Source: Mobula hypostoma
Lineage: Eukaryota
Assembly (NCBI RefSeq): GCF_963921235.1
Contig: NC_086097.1
Location: 220,102,001 to 220,166,000, forward strand
Reading direction: 5' to 3'
Length of the DNA stretch: 64,000 bases
Below the pieces are notes generated by a model. The model saw only the letters and a list, made by a program, of their open reading frames with translations, was not told the origin of the DNA and searched no databases. This document shows, in pieces, positions 24,903 through 37,151 of this stretch. How positions within the stretch are numbered: position 1 is the stretch's first letter; the number at the start of each line of letters is the position of its first letter. Position numbers and translations under genes: made by a program.

Positions 24903-26571
24903 TATCATAATTGACACCAAACTTAAAATAGCTAATCTGGAGTCTCGATTGTAAGGTTTGTATCACATCCTGTTATCAGCTATGGGTTTGACCGAAATCA
25001 CCAAGAATTAATAAAAATTAAGCCCTTTTATTTTACTGGAGGGTTTTTGCATAAATTTTCATCTTCAGATATCACTGTCACTTTCAAAACACTTAGGTGG
25101 TTGTGTTTCTCAGACAGAAAATTGCAGCCTCAGGAATTAATCCGCTAAGGATTGTAGAATCGATTAGCCTGAAGTTTATCCTTTAAATGGCAATTATACA
25201 CAGAAAGGAATCTGAATAAAAAAGAAAAATAATTAAACTGCATTCAAGAACATATAAAAGCAATAAAATAAAACTTCACATTAAATTAAATGCTTTGCAT
25301 TTAATATTGAAGACAATAATTTGCATATTTTGTGGTCATTAAAGATAACGCCTTAAAAGTTTCCAATTTGTAATTAATTGCCATGTCAGACTTAAATAAA
25401 TACCTGAGCTACTAACTGAGTGTCTCAGCATGAACAGCCAGTGTCTTAATTTGGAGCCTCAAAAAGCTATGCATTAGGCTTATAGAACTCATGAGAATCA
25501 ACAGCTTGATTTTTATTTGGATCTCCATTGTTGAGCTAGTGTTGGGACTGTTTGTTTCAACTACAGCACAACAGGCAGCTCTGTGACTACACAGGCACAA
25601 TACAATTTCAAACAGAGGATTCAGTCTACTTTAAATAAGTACCATCTGCCAGCCTCCCTTGATCAGTCACGCAGTAATTGCTGAATGCATTGGAAGCCAT
25701 GGCTATTCAACGACGCAAGAGAAGCTAAAATAAAAATTAATACTTCATTAAAATAACTCTTCAATAAAAATGCCATTCTCCTTTAAGAACACATCTACTA
25801 TAAACTGAATTAGGCAGCCTCGATATAAAACAAAGAAAATAGGCTTAATATTCTGAGATAAGATTGCAGCAAAAGATAAATTTGGCCTTGGCTATTCCAA
25901 TCATGAAATATGCAAATTAAATACTTAAATTAATATTTAAATGTTAAATTAAATACAGTATACAAATTATTCCTCTGGGTATAGCAAATATTCTAAAACA
26001 TAGATCATTTTATTACCCAATCTCAGCAGCAAGTATAGAAAAAATAGGGAATGAAAGACCAATAAGGCTGCCACCAACTGCCAGAATATATTACAGGTTG
26101 AGTAGCCCTTAACTGAAATTCCAAGAACCGAAATCCCAAATTTTTTTAGCGCTGACAAAACATCACGAAAGGAAAATTCCACAAGGGGATGGGAAGGTTC
26201 CCAGATGATGCACAGGTGTCTGTGCAACACGGACAGTTCTGAGAAGTAATCGCACATATGTAATGAACAGAAGATAATGAAAAACAAAAACATTGCATAA
26301 AGCGAAAAATGAAGATCTTGGTCATATATTGAAAGAGCAATCAGCATCGGAGAGTGATCACATGCTACTTAAAATGCTGATCATGAAACAAGGAAAGATC
26401 TATCACAATGAACTGAAAATTGAAGGTAATTGTGAGTATTCATCAGATTAGTTGCAGAAATTTAAGAAAAGGCATTTTTTAATTTTAATTTTTTTAAAGA
26501 TTTGTGGCGATAAAGCGTCTGCTGATCACGAAGCAGCATAAAAAAAATTCATTGATGAGTTTGCCAAGATC

Positions 26572-27294
26572 AGATAAAGCCCTCCCAACCATTGAGCACC
26601 TCTACATGAAACACTGTCATAAGAAAGCAGCATCCATCATCGAAGATCCTCACCACCCAGGCCATGCTCTTTCCTCGCTGCTGCCATCCGGTAGAAGGTA
26701 CAGGAGCCTCCGGACACTCACCACCAAGTTCAACAACAGTTACTACCCCTCAACCATCAGGCTCTTGAACAAAAGGCGATAACTACACTCATCTATTAAG
26801 ATGTTCCTACAACCAATTAAATCACTTCACGGACTCTTCATCCTGTTACTTCATGCTCTCGTTATTGCTATTTAATTATAGCTGATTTGCTCTTGTTCTT
26901 TCCTGTTTATTTACTACTCTATAGATTTTCTGAGTATGCCCGCAGGAAAAATCTCACAAGCCTTTAGTCTGTCACGAGTTGAGCCTTGCAGGCCATCGGG
27001 CCGGTGCTTATGCCAGTTTCCGTGGCATGAAGCAACTGAGAGTACGAGGCTCCCCTCCCCCCGGATAGGACGCCAGTCTATCCTGAGGTTAACCCCCAGC
27101 ATTTTTTCCGGTACCTATTCTCAGCTGGGTAGACTGGAGCATTGTGTGGTTAAGTGGCTTGCTCAAGGACACACACGCTGCCTCAACTGAGGCTCGAACC
27201 CACGACCTTCAGATCGCTAGTCCAACGCCCTAACCACTTGGCCATGTGCCACACGAGTTTTATGTACTCTGATAATAAATTTTACTTTAACTTG
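26572..27294 (+). mobile_element. Rex1/Babar 3' fragment inserted in the Tigger
   Basis: LPTIEHLY...HPGHALSSLLPSGRRYRSL...NSYYPSTIRLLN; flanked by AAGATCA repeats. Confidence 0.85.
26960..27252 (-). mobile_element. Young tRNA-derived SINE inserted in the Rex tail
   Basis: Minus head TGGCCAAGTGG (A-box) ... GGTTCGAGCC (B-box); body GTGTCCTTGAGCAAG and GGGGTTAACCTCAGGATAGACTGGCGTCCTATCC; CpGs retained. Confidence 0.85.
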
Positions 27295-27539
27295 GAAGAT
27301 CATTGCTGATATAAATCTAACACACTGAATAGCTGCATCAGTACGTATGTGTGATGAACCAACACATAAATTCAGAACTGGAAATTATGGCAATCCCAAA
27401 CTGTATTCCAAAATCCAAAAAAAAATCAATCCAAAATCTGAAACACTCCAGCCCCAAGCATTTTGGAAAAGGGGTACTCAACATGTATTAAGAACGTGTT
27501 AATGGAGCACTTGGAAATTCATAAGATGATTAGGTGCCA

Positions 27540-27870
27540 ATATATCTTTATTAAGTAAAAGACTAGTTCACAAATCTTTGCAGATGTGATTGGCAGGGTT
27601 GATTACAGGACACAAGCACAGAAAGTGCTAGATTTTCAAAATATATTTGATAAAGTACTGCACAAAAGGTTTTATTTGAGATAGATGTTTATGAAGTTGG
27701 TGATAATATATAAGCATGGGTAGGAAATTAGCTGATGATCCTTTAAGTGAGTCCTTTTCAGGTGGAAAAGCTTTTCACTAGTACACTACAAGGATCAGAC
27801 TTAAGGTCTCTACTGTCTGTATTAAATATTTGTAGCTGAGATGAAGAACTAGAGTCTAACACAATCAAAT
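27540..27870 (+). mobile_element. Degenerate CR1 RT fragment
   Basis: CTAGATTTTCAAAATATATTTGATAAAGTA (LDFQ..FDKV) remnant. Confidence 0.55.
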
Positions 27871-28240
27871 TTCAATTCAATTCAAGTTTAATTGTCATTC
27901 AACCATACAAGAACACTCATGAATAGAGCCAAACAAATCAGCATTTCTACAGGGTCAAGGTGCAAAACACAGTACGAACAGTCACGTACAGCACAAAGCA
28001 CACAAAAGATAGAAAGCACAAAGAGTATCACAAATATCACGCAGTAAAAGAGTCAAAACTCGCACCATTAATCCACAGTCAACTACATTAGAACTCGTGT
28101 CCTCCAGCATGGGTGCCCGCTCAACTGCCCCCGACAACCTCCCATCCCAGAAACACCACGGCTTGATGCCTAGTCCACACACATACATGACTACAAGCCC
28201 ATATAGAATATCAGAAAAAATACAACTCCACAGAATATAA
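27871..28240 (-). mobile_element. Non-autonomous retroposon with (TTGAA)n Rex-type tail
   Basis: TTCAATTCAATTCAAGTTTAATTGTCATTCAACCATAC is the reverse of the tail at ~42950-42995. Confidence 0.55.
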
Positions 28241-28241
28241 A

Positions 28242-28425
28242 CCATAAGACCATAAGATATAGGAGCAGAATTAGGCCATTTAGTCCATCGAGTCTCCTCA
28301 CCATTTCATTATGGCTCATCCAATTTTCCTCTCAGCCCCAATCTACTGCCTTCTCCTCGTATCCTTTCATGCCCTGACCAATCAAGAATCTATCAACCTC
28401 TGCCTTAAATATATATAAAGGCTTG
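28242..28425 (-). mobile_element. CR1 3' end with (CTTATGGT)n tail
   Basis: ACCATAAGACCATAAGATATAGGAGCAGAATTAGGCC. Confidence 0.8.
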
Positions 28426-29295
28426 GAAACTGAGCCCAATGTTTCATTCAAGGTTTGCATGTGCACAATCCCACAAGGTTAGAGGCATGAGAGAGGAGCT
28501 TGCCCGGGGGGTTGAAGGAGGATACTGGCAGGGAAGACGGCAGAGAAGAGGTGACTGACGTTTCAGGAATAGTTCACAAGGCGAAGGATAAATATGTCCC
28601 ACAGAAGTAGTCTCAAATGGCAACTGTAGACAACCATGACTGACAAAGGAAGTTAAGGACTGCATAAAAGCCAAGCAAAGGGCATTTAAGGTCGCAAAAG
28701 TAGTGGGATGTTGGATGATTGGGAAGTTTTTAAAATCCAACAAGAGGCAACTAAAAAAGCTATAAAGATGAAATATGAGGGAAAACAAGCCAATAATATA
28801 AAGCAGGATACTGAAAGCTCTTTCAGTTATATAAAGAGTAAAAGGGAGGTGAGAGTTGATATTGGCCACTGGAAAATGATGCTGGTGAAGTAGTAATGGG
28901 GGACAAGGAAACAGCAGATGAACTTAATGGGTATTTTCCATCTGTCTTTACTGTGGAGGACACCAGCAGTATGTCAGAGGTCTGTGAGTATCAGAGAGCA
29001 GGACATTGCTATTACAAAAGAAAAAGGCCTATGCAAACTGAAAGGTCTTAAATCGTCTGGACCAGAAGGGCTACATCCCAGAGTCTTGAGAGAGGTTGCT
29101 GAGGAGATTGCAGATGCATTGGCTTTGATCTTTCAAGAATCACTTGATTCTGGCATGGTTCTGGAGGACTGGAAAATTGCAAATGTCACTCTACTCTTTA
29201 AGAAGGCAAAAGAAAAGAAATTATAGGCCAGTTAGCCTAATCTCATTGGTTAGGGAAGTATTGGAGTCTATTATTAAGGATGAGGTTTCAGGGTA

Positions 29296-30841
29296 CAGTC
29301 GGCCCTCCTTATCCGCAAGTTCTGCATGCGCGAATTCAACCAACCGCGAATCGAGAAAACCCAGAAGTGCTCCTCCAGCACTTGCTGTTCAAGCATGTAC
29401 AGACTTTTTTTTCTTGTCATTATTCATAGTCATACTTTATTGATCCCGGGGGAAATTGGTTTTCGTTACAGTTGCAACATAAATAATTAAATAGTAATAA
29501 AACCATAAATAGTTAAATAGTAATATGTAAATTATTCCAGGAAATAAGTCCAGGACCAGCCTATTGGCTCGGGGTGTCTGACCCGCCAAGGGAGAAGTTG
29601 TAAAGTTTGATGGCCACAGGCAGGAATGACTTCCTATGACCCTCTGTGTTGCATCTCGGTGGAATGAGTTTCTGGCTGAACGTACTCCTGTGTCCAACCA
29701 GTACATTATGTAGTGGATGGGAGACATTGTCGAAGATGGCATGCAACTTGGACAGCATCCTCTTTTCAGACACCACCGTCAGAGAGTCCAGTTCCATCCC
29801 CACAACATCACTGGCCTTACGAATGAGTTTGTTGACTCTGTTGGTGTCTGCTACCCTCAGCCTGCTGCCCCAGCTCACAACAGCAAACATGATAGCACTG
29901 GCCACGACAGACTCGTAGAACATCCTCAGCATCGTCTGGCAGATGTTAAAGGACCTCAGTCTCCTCAGGAAATAGAGACGGCTCTGACCCTTCTTGTAGA
30001 CAGCCTCAGTGTCCCTAAATAATGCAATATAACAACTATTCTACATAGCATTTACATTGTATTAGGTATTATAAGTAATCTAGAGATGATTTAAAGTATA
30101 CAGGGGGGATGTGCGTGGGTTATCACGGATCGGGAATCGAAAAAAACGGAAGTTCTCTTACTAAGTAAGTCGGAACAGGTACATCCAGTATTATTTAGCG
30201 TCAGTTAGTCAAACGTTTGTCTCAGTATATAGTATATATTTTACCTTTCTGTGCATATAAAATACTTAAGAAATGTATGTTTCAGCGCCGGGCTCGGGAA
30301 CGGAAGTTCCTGAGTTCAATCCAGTGACAGATTGTTCTCGAGTTCAATCCAGTGACAGATCGCTCTCGAGCACGCTGTCCATCCCTGCCTGGTTGATGTG
30401 GAGGATCAAAAACACAAAACCCCAAAACCCAATAATTAAACCACTGCATTGCTTAGTAATAATTGTAGCTTTAGTCAGGCAGGGCCTTTCTCATTTTATC
30501 CTTTAACATTGTTCCGACTGTAAATTGTTGACCGACCATAGCCTAACGCTTTTCCAATGACCGATGGCATTTCACCTCTTTCTGATCGCTTTATTATTTC
30601 CACTTTATTTTAAATCGCGATCGTGATTATTTTCATGAACAGAAACACGGCGGATTCAGAACTCCACTGCCGGGTCCTAATGCCCACCGCACTCCGACAG
30701 GTTAAATAAGGTCCGGGATTCCGCTGGGTCCTAAGGTAAACCGCATTGAGACAGGTTGAATAAGGGACTTGAGCATCTGCGTTGTTTGGTATCCACGAGG
30801 GGTCCCGGAACCAATCCCTCGCAGATAAGGAGGGCCGACTG
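29296..30841 (-). mobile_element. Internally deleted Tigger3/MER2 (Golem)-like element
   Basis: TA TSDs at 29294-95 and 30842-43; TIRs CAGTCGGCCCTCCTTATCCGC / GCAGATAAGGAGGGCCGACTG; psq-HTH remnant NKVEIIKRSERGEMPSVIGKALGYGRSTI on minus strand ~30525-30610. Confidence 0.9.
29425..30012 (-). mobile_element. Young Rex1/Babar 3' fragment inserted in the Tigger3-like element
   Basis: Open frame MLRMFYESVVASAIMFAVVSW...SHPLH...RKSFLPVAIKLYN; host TCATTATT|CCCTAAA rejoined across the insert. Confidence 0.9.
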
Positions 30842-32274
30842 TACTTGGAGACTAATGATAAAGTAAATCAAAGTCAGCATGTTTCTGTAAAGGGAAATCT
30901 TGCCTCACAAATCTGTTAGAGTTCTTCAAGGAAATAACAAGCACGGTGGACAAAGGAGAGGCAGTGAGTGTTACTTACTTGGATTTTCAGAAGGCATTTG
31001 ATAAGGTGCTGCTTAACAAGATAAAATCCTATGGCATTACAAGAAAGATACTGGCATGGATAAAGGAATGGCTGACAGACAGGAAGGAGCAAGTGGGCCT
31101 TTTCAGGTTGGCTGTCGGTGAATAGTGGTGTTCCTCACGAGTCAGTATTGGGACCACTACTTTTCACATTGTTTGTCAATGATTTTGATAATGGAATTGA
31201 TGGCTTTGTGGCAAAGTTTGCAGATGATACGAAGATAGGTGGAGGGGTAGGTAGTGCAGAGGAAACAATGCGATTGCAGAAGAACTTAGACAAATTGGAA
31301 GAATGGGCAAAAAAGTGGCAGATAGAATACATTGTTGGGAAATGTATGATAATGCATTCTGGTAAACGGGACAATAGTGCAGACTATTATCTAAATGGGG
31401 AGAAAATTCAAACATCAGAGGTTCAGAAGACTTAGTAGTCCTTGTGCAAGACTCCCAGAAGGTTAATTTATAGGTCAAGTCTGTGGTAAAGAAGACAAAT
31501 GCAATGGTGACATTTATTTAAAGGGGAATAGAATATAAAACAAGGAGATGATGCTGAAACTTTATAAGAGACAGTAGTGGGGCCATACTTGGAGTATTGT
31601 CCACAGTTTTGGACCTCGTATCTCAGAAAGGATGTATAGTCATTGGATAGACTGCAGAGGAGGTTCAGGAGGATGATTCGGGAATGAAGAGATTAACATA
31701 TGAGGAGCGTTTGGCAGCTTTGAGCCTGTATTTACTGGAATTTAGAAGAATGCAGGGGGATTGCATTGAAAACTAACGAACGTTGAAAGGACTAGATAAA
31801 GTGGATGCGGAAAGGATGCTTCCTGTGTTGGGGTGTCCGGAACTGTAGGGCACAGCCTCAAAATTGAGGGATGCCCCTTTAGAGGTAAGGAGGAATTTTT
31901 TTAGCCAGAGAGTAGTGAATCTATGAAATGCTCTGCCACAGATAGCTGTGGAGGCCAAGACCGTGGGTATATTTAAAGCAACAATTGATAGTTTACTGAC
32001 TGGTCAGGGCATCAAAGGTTATGGCAAGAAGGCGAGTGTATAGGGTTGAGTGGGATCTGGGAATGACGGAGCAGACTCGATGGGCTGAATGGCCTAGTTC
32101 TGCTCCAATGTCTTATGATCTTAACAGTGATCAAGAGAAGATGTAGTTGATGCTCTTTCATTTATTAATTCTATCCAGATGAACAGCAAATACCTCACTG
32201 TCAATCTAACAGAAGGTGGCAAAAGTCATCATGGACTGGTGACTAAATCTGAAACCTTTCTGAATAAATATGAC

Positions 32275-32850
32275 TATCTGAGGCCTCTGTCGGTCGCATT
32301 TGACCATGGACATTGCATCCTAGCTGTCTAGATACACAAGCCTGGGCAGAACAATATAGAGAGCAAGCTGTTACCCATGTAGCAAGCTCCCCTCTCCGCA
32401 CATCTGATAAACCCAAAGGAATGGCAAAGATGGATACAGTTTGGTACCAGCAGCATCACAGGAGTTGCCACTCAACATTGAACTCAGTGTAAGACTGCCT
32501 GAAGGACTTCAGCTTTGGATACTTCACTTGGGGTTTACTCCTGAAGCCTTCCCCATGAGTGGGTATAGCCTGAGATCAGAGTTTTCCTTCTCCTTGATGA
32601 GCTGACAACCATGGCTGACAAGACCAATCTGCCCGAAGGCGACTAGTTTTAATGCTCCAGTAACCAGTCTTTGCCCCTTCCGCTGTCTGTAGAAACAGTT
32701 CCACTGGGCTTAGGAGCTAAGCCACACATGAAGGCCAGGAGTTGGACTTGGTTATCAGAGGCTATTTGAGGTGCACACTATTTGTGGGCATTTAATGGGT
32801 AGTGGGAGTTTGTCCCCATTACCACCACAGGCTATAACAAACTTAGGGAA
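32275..32850 (-). mobile_element. Non-autonomous retroposon, probably RTE-5'-derived
   Basis: Minus strand contains CATCAAGGAGAAGGAAAACTCTGATCTC and GGAGTAAACCCC, motifs recalled from RTE 5' UTRs. Confidence 0.45.
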
Positions 32851-32856
32851 TAAATA

Positions 32857-33305
32857 TCATCATCATCATCATCATCATCATCAGGTGCCATGCCCAGTTT
32901 GAGCTTTGACTGCCATGGCCCACATACTCCTGTTTCGGGTCAAGTGGATCAATCCATTGGTGTTCATTTCCAGTTCTCTGGCTGCTGTCTCCACCATCAT
33001 TTGTCTTTGCCTTCCTCTTGCTTTCTTCCCTTCAATCTTTCCCATAATTACCGTGCATTCTAACTCCTCTTTCCTAATCACATGTCCAATGAAGTTACGT
33101 TGCCTTTTCATGATCTCATACGTTATTTCTCTTTTTGTGTTTGCTCTGTTCATGACACCCTCATTAGATATTCATTTCGTCCATGATATTCTTTGCATCC
33201 TCCTCAAAAACCACATCTCTGCTGCTTCAATTCGTTTCCTCATGTTACTAGATATTGTCCAATATTCTGAGCCATATAACATAACTGGATAAATATATTG
33301 CATGG
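32857..33305 (-). mobile_element. RTE-clade LINE 3' end with (GAT)n tail
   Basis: Open frame with LYGSE, FIGHVIRKEELE..VIMGKIEGKKARGRQR...GHGT*; (CAT)n at 32857-32883 on plus. Confidence 0.9.
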
Positions 33306-33311
33306 TTAATC

Positions 33312-34780
33312 AGCAGGGTTGGCCTCCACAGCAGCCTGTGGCAAAGAATTCCACAGACTTACCACTCTCTGGCTAAAGAAATTCCTCCTCATCTCCATCT
33401 GAAAAGGACATCTCTCTATCCTGAGGCTGTGTCCTCTGGTCTTAGACTCTCCCACCACAGGAAACATCCTCTCCACATCCACTCTATCAAGGCCTTTCAC
33501 CATTTGATAAGTTTCAATGAGGTCACCCCTCATTCTTCTGAATTCCAGTGAATAGAGGCCCAGAGCCATCAAGCGCTCTTCATATGAAATGCCATTCAAT
33601 CCTGGAATCATTTTTGTGAACCTCCTTTGAAACCTTTCCAGTTTCAGCAAATCCTTTCTGAGATAAGGAGCCCAAAACTTCTCACAATACTCCAAGTGAG
33701 GTCTTAACAGTGCTTTATGAAGTCTCACTATTACATTCTTGCCTTCATATTGTAGTCCTCTTGAAATGAATGCTAGCATCGCAGACTCAACCAGCGAATT
33801 AACCATTAGGGAATCCTGCACAAGGATTCCCAAGTCCCTTTGCACCTCAGTTTTTTGTATTTTCTCTTCATTTAGAAAATAGTCGACCCTTTCATTTCTT
33901 CTACCAAAGTGCATGGCCATACACTTCCCATAACTGTACTTCATCTGCCATTTCTTTGTCCATTCTCCTAATCTGCCTAAGTAGAGAGTAGCCTCTCTAC
34001 TTCCTCAAAGCTACCTGCCCCACCACCTGTCTTCATATCATCTGCAAACTTTGCAACAAAGCCATCAATTCTATCATCTAAATCATTGACATATAACATA
34101 AAAAGAATCAAGCCCAACACAGACCCCTTTGGAACACCACTAGTCACCAGCAGCCAATGGGAAAAGGCTCCATTTATTCCCACTCTTTTCCTCCTGTAAT
34201 ATCATGGGCTCATAGCTTGTTAAGCAGCCTCATGTGTGGCCCCTTATCAAAGGCCTTCAGTAAATCCAAGTACACTATATCAACCGATTCTCCTTTCTCT
34301 ATCCTGCTTGCTATTTCTTCAAATAATTCTAAAAGATGTGTCAGGCAAGATATTCTCTTGACGAAACCTTGCTAGACTACAGCCTATTTTATCATGTGCC
34401 TCCAAGTACTCTAACACCTTACCCTTAGTAATCGACTCTAACATCTTCCCAGCCACTGAGATCAGACTAACTCTACTGGCCTTTAGTTTCCTTTTTTCTG
34501 CCTCTCTCTCTTCTTGAAGAGTAGTGTGACATTTGTAATTTTATAGTCTTCTGGAACCATTCCAGAATCTAGTGGTTCTTGAAAGATCATTACTAATACC
34601 TCCACAATCTCTTCAGCCAGCTCAGAACCCTGGTATGTACACAATCTGGTCTTGGTGATTTATATACCTTCAGACCCTCTTTCAGAACCCTGGTTTGTCC
34701 ACTTTCTGGTCCAGGTGACTTAACGACCTTCAGACCTTTTAGTTTCCCAAAAACTTTCTCTTTATTTTTGCTAACTTCTG
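33312..34780 (-). mobile_element. CR1 LINE ORF2 fragment
   Basis: GVPKGSVLG, KFADD, RPHLEYCEKFWAP, RRNFFSQRVVSLWNSLP; internal ~61-bp duplication at 34622-34737. Confidence 0.92.
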
Positions 34781-34954
34781 TTTTTATATAGTCTGAACCC
34801 CTCCACACCCACTGAAAACTTCAGCCAACCACAACAACCCAGTGGCACACACCAGCCCCTACTCCCTCCACCCCCTCCTTTTATGAATACTTCCAGATTT
34901 GATTTATAAGTTTCTTTATAAATCAAAGCTAGATATGAAAGGTAGGAAGATAAA

Positions 34955-35260
34955 TCAGAATCAGGTTTATTAACACCAGCATGTGTCGTGAAATTTGTTA
35001 ACTTAACAGCAGCAGTACAATGCAATACATAATGCTTGGGGTGGGTGGTTCATATACAGAAGACAGAATGCTTGGGGTGCGTGGGTTCTTTGATAATGCT
35101 GGCTGTTTTACTGCTGCAGTGTTAAGTAGACCGAGGGGATGCTGATTTCCAGGATGTGCTGAGCTATGGCCATAACTTTCTGCAGTTTCTTGCAGTCACG
35201 CGCGGAGCAGTCACCTTCCATGTAGGATGCTTTGTGTGTTGCATCGAAAAACCATAGTAG
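34955..35260 (-). mobile_element. Rex1/Babar 3' remnant
   Basis: (AATCAG) tail; CSARDCKKLQKVMAIAQHI. Confidence 0.7.
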
Positions 35261-36789
35261 TATCCTTGCTGTCCAATTTAATTGCTGACCTGGATATAGA
35301 GCTAATGAGGACAGCAGCCAGGTCAGACAAATGCCATTACTGGTCACCCACAGAGGTACAGAAGAATTTTATTAGGGGGCCAGCAATGTGAAATGCGAGT
35401 GGCCAGATGATCATCAGTGTCAATAGCAGACATACCCTTCACCACAACTGGAGAGGTGATTCACATTACCACACGTTGTAGGAGCAAAACAAATGAGAGG
35501 AGAAAAGAAGTGAGCCTCAGGTACTCCAGATAGAGGAAGTGCAACTCCCGGTGGAGTTGTGGGTATGTCCAAACAATGAGAACGCTGTCCTGGGGACAGA
35601 CAGGCAAAGCAAGGAGAGTACTATCACAGAATCATGAAAGGGACAGTTTATATGGATGAGGCAGGGGCAGTGAACGTGTATGATCCACAGAGACAGCAGT
35701 TCTTAGCAGGAACAGGAGATGAGACAACGTGTGTGAATCACATCAGGAGGTCCCAGCATAGGGACTAAACACAGAGAAGAGGTGTCAGAAGCAGAGGAAG
35801 CTGTAATTAAAGATACACCAGACAGGGGAAAATAGGGAGCTGAAAGGGAAGGAACAGGAAGAACTCAGGGTAAAAAGGGCAGTACTTCAGGAGATCAGAA
35901 AAACTGGACTGAAAAAAAAAACTACTGAAGTCAATTTAATGTGCCATGTGGAGATATACAGGACCATTGTAACTAGGTTAAAGTGTGCAGGGGCCGAGCA
36001 AAACAGCAACATACCACTGACGAGAGACAGCCAGAGGAGGAGAAAGTAATCCTCCCACAACTGGTGACCAAGGTAAGGGAGCTTCCTAAAAAGATAGGGT
36101 TTGCTCCCAGGTGGATAGACCACAGTTGGTGAAAGAGTATAATTCATCTTCTTCTCACGCTCACAGACAGACCAAGAAACCAAGTTCATCTGGTAACAAT
36201 GTCATTACAGGGAATTTAAATGATGAACAGCAGCCTGCTGCTTCACATCTGACCTCTCCTGTTGGGACCAGACATATGAATGAAAGGAAATGGGAACAGC
36301 ATGTGTCAGTAGCTGTGATAAATGTTTTAAAGTATAAAAGTAATTGTACTTTGTAATGAATGTTGGTTCTGGGAGATAGGAGTTTAGCAAAATAAATCAA
36401 AGTAGAAAGATATTGGGAAATAGATAGGAAGGGGTCTGAGTAAATGGGAAAGGCAGCAAGTTCCACAACTACAATGGCCAGTTGAGAGACAGAGACAGAT
36501 AAGGTACTTGCAGCATCTTAAGGCAGTCTCTCCAGCATAGATGGGAGTGAACACAAGTAAGCTGGACCTTTCAGTGGTAGAGCAGCTAGAGAAAGTACAC
36601 ACCAGGAGGGGATGCCATGGGAATAAGGTGTGTAGGCCACCCCAAACCCGCCTGAAAATACACCAAAGAGACTGGGAGACTGGTGATAATTCCGACAATC
36701 TTCAGTCATGGCATAGAATATGAACTGTTACCAGTGATCCTGACATGAATAAGTAACCCCCTTGCCAATAGAGTAGTTACTGACAGCCA

Positions 36790-37150
36790 TTTGCACCACC
36801 AGGTTCAAGAACAGTTCCTAGCCCTCAACCATCAGGTTCTTGAACAAAATGGGATAACACTACACTCATCTATTGAGATGCTCCCACAACCAACGATCTT
36901 ACTTTAAGGGCTCTTTATTTTGTTATTTTATGCTCTTGATATTTATTGCTGTTTATTTATATTTGTATTTGCACAGTTTGTTGGCTTCTATGCTCTTGCT
37001 TTTTCATTGATCCTGGTAGAGTTACTATTCTATAGATTTGACGAGTATGCCCGCAGGTCCTGATTAAGGGTCTCAGCCCAAAACGTTGAATGTTTACACT
37101 TTTCCATAGATGCTGCCTGACCTGCTGAGTTCCTCCAGCAGTTTGTGTGT
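36790..37150 (+). mobile_element. Rex-type 3' tail followed by a Penelope terminus (37055-37150) with mutated hammerhead
   Basis: Tail like 26720-26950; gtc CTGATTA agggtctcagccc AAAA cg TT ga. Confidence 0.75.
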
Positions 37151-37151
37151 G

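Larger units (their letters stand above)
26094..27485 (+). mobile_element. Internally deleted pogo/Tigger element (Tigger4/Zombi-like) with nested insertions
   Basis: TA TSDs at 26092-93 and 27486-87; TIRs CAGGTTGAGTAGCCCTT / AAGGGGTACTCAACATG; CENP-B HTH remnant KTLHKAKNEDL...KQGKIYHNELKIEGNCEYS..LQKFKKRH...KICGDKASADHEAA...FIDEFAKI, resuming KIIAD at ~27296. Confidence 0.85.
28480..32122 (+). mobile_element. CR1 LINE ORF2 (linker, RT, 3' UTR), split by a Tigger3/MER2-like element
   Basis: KSSGPEGLHPRVLRE, NYRPVSL, EVSGY|LETNDK junction across the insertion, GVPHESVLGPLLF, KFADDTK. Confidence 0.92.

Noticed and set aside
27170..27252. tRNA gene
   Set aside because: A/B boxes present, but no complete cloverleaf or acceptor stem, and it continues into a SINE body; same for 10045-10210 and 52105-52318
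32690..32850. HDV-like ribozyme at the 5' end of the RTE-derived element
   Set aside because: Some inverted complementarity, but I could not build the nested double pseudoknot by eye
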